Source: Oculina patagonica
Taxonomy: Eukaryota
DNA length: 64,000 nt
Direction: 5' to 3'
Assembly: GCF_052425735.1 (NCBI RefSeq)
Contig: NC_135761.1
Location: 20,336,001-20,400,000 of the forward strand
Position 1 is the first letter of the stretch. Every line of letters begins with the position of its first letter. A program made the position numbers and the translations under genes. The notes below the pieces were generated by a model. It saw only the letters and a program-made list of their open reading frames with translations, did no database searches and was not told the DNA's origin. Positions 62,479-64,000 of this stretch are shown one piece after another.

Positions 62479-63623
62479 TTATGCTATGCCATAACACTTA
62501 AGTTTTCCCAGAGTATGGTAACCTTGCTCGCTGCTACCGCCTGTATCTCCAAACCTGAGCTGTTTAACCGGAAGATGTGTCTTGTCAGTGAGGATACCGC
62601 TGTCTTCACGCCACACACCGTCATTTGCATCACAGTTACACGGACGACTGGGGTTTGCACATGAGTTGGTCATCCGGCATGCGCACTTTCCACTGCTAGA
62701 TGATGCTCCGCCCCAGTACGTCATCTTAGTAGAGTCTCGTGACACCCACCAGGCACGCCATCCCATTTCAAAGATCACTGAATCATAACACTCGTACTTA
62801 ATAAACTGTTCACAGTGTGAGGATACTCTAGTGAGACTTACCAGCTGGGACAGACTCGCTCCAGTGTAATGAATGTCACGCGAATAACAACCATGATCTT
62901 CACATCCGTCCACGTGCATTCTGCTCTCACTGTCGTGACTTATTACTGTCACGCCGACTCCATTCTTGTCACTCATGTCACAATAAACTGTAAATGGTGC
63001 CAGGCCTCCTGCGCCATCCGGATCAATGACGTAATTTCCGCTTACACTGGTGGCGTATTTTCTGATCACAGAACAAGAAGTCGCAATAACTGGAGAATTG
63101 ATTTTTACTTTAGCTTCTATTGTTTACAGAGCATTAGTTGCTTTACAGGTGTAATATCCTTCGTGTGATTTCTTGATGTTCTGAATCAGCAATGTTTCAT
63201 TCTGTAGAACATTGGACTCTACAGGAAGTGAAGACTTGCCATCCTTTGTCCAAGTGATTGTAGTTCTCAGGGCACTCTCGGCCACGCAGGGCAGGTGGAG
63301 GTTTGAACTAATCACAGGAGTCACCTCTTGAGGAGGACGGACTTTAAAACGCAGAGGAGGAAATACCATCAGTTGAGCAGTGTCAGTTGCAGATCCTAGA
63401 ATATTCGTAGCTTTACAAACGTATATTCCACCGTCTACTCTTGTCACACTGTTGATTGTCAGCGCTCCATTCACCACTACAGTTCTGTCTTGAGGCAAAC
63501 TGCCAACTGCTCTGGACCACGTGATACTGGGAAGCGGCTGACCAGTAGCACTGCAGGTGATGCGGACATTTTGTTTCTCCTCAGCAATCAGTCGGTTGGA
63601 TGACAATGATAGTTTAGGAGCGA
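62479..63623 (-). pseudogene. Copy 9, exon 3 only (exons 1-2 lie beyond the window), with a premature stop
   Basis: TAG acceptor at 63624-63626. TCA>TAA at 63124-63126 at the end of Ig3, and the conserved [10 protein letters not shown] is changed to SSSSGKCACR. Confidence 0.8.
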
Positions 63624-64000
63624 CTATCGAGAACAAAGAGAAAAATATATCTTCAGGGGTCAAACAATGACAAATGCACTTTACTATATGACACTTTATC
63701 CAATTGTTCCTTCATATTCAAATTTATTTTTAATACTGGTTAAATTATAGCCGGTCATGTAGTTTTATTTTGATTTAAATTTCATGGGATGAAGCAACCC
63801 CTGATAAAAAAAAAGTTTCTCCCTTAAATACGACTTCATAGTTTGGATGCAATAAAATGCTTCTGAAGTAACGTTTTCTTTTTCTATTTTGCATGAGCTA
63901 AAACAACGACTTTTACACCAAAAAGACCTATCTTTACACTGCAAAGGGATTCTATTCCAGCATCAACCACAACTACTCGCCACTAAATATCTAAATTATA

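Overview
AT-rich eukaryotic DNA with GT-AG introns, probably from an anthozoan or stony coral (inferred from gene architecture and repeat types). The window is dominated by a head-to-tail, minus-strand tandem array of nine paralogues of one 3-exon gene of about 681-685 aa. The predicted protein is: short basic cytoplasmic tail, type II transmembrane anchor, furin site (RQKR), Cys-containing neck, 25 Gly-X-Y collagen triplets with a PGKHGP MASP-docking-type motif, three Ig domains, and a C-terminal Caspr/Neurexin-IV-type fibrinogen-like domain. This resembles cnidarian ficolin-like (CniFL) proteins. Seven copies look intact. Copy 4 is a pseudogene (nonsense mutation, 43-bp deletion, ~10-kb nested intronic insertion), and copy 9 is cut off by the window edge and carries a nonsense mutation. 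Within the C-terminal domain, variation is concentrated in four short loops that differ in length and are shared in mix-and-match fashion between paralogues, suggesting a diversified recognition repertoire shaped by gene conversion. Also present: an intact Gmr1-like gypsy retrotransposon ORF with PR-INT-RT-RH order and only a 3' LTR, a tandem 183-nt hammerhead-ribozyme repeat (retrozyme-like), two degenerate minimal hammerheads, many MITEs (several with empty sites in paralogous spacers), a truncated LINE, and a 4-kb insertion carrying a 48-bp minisatellite.
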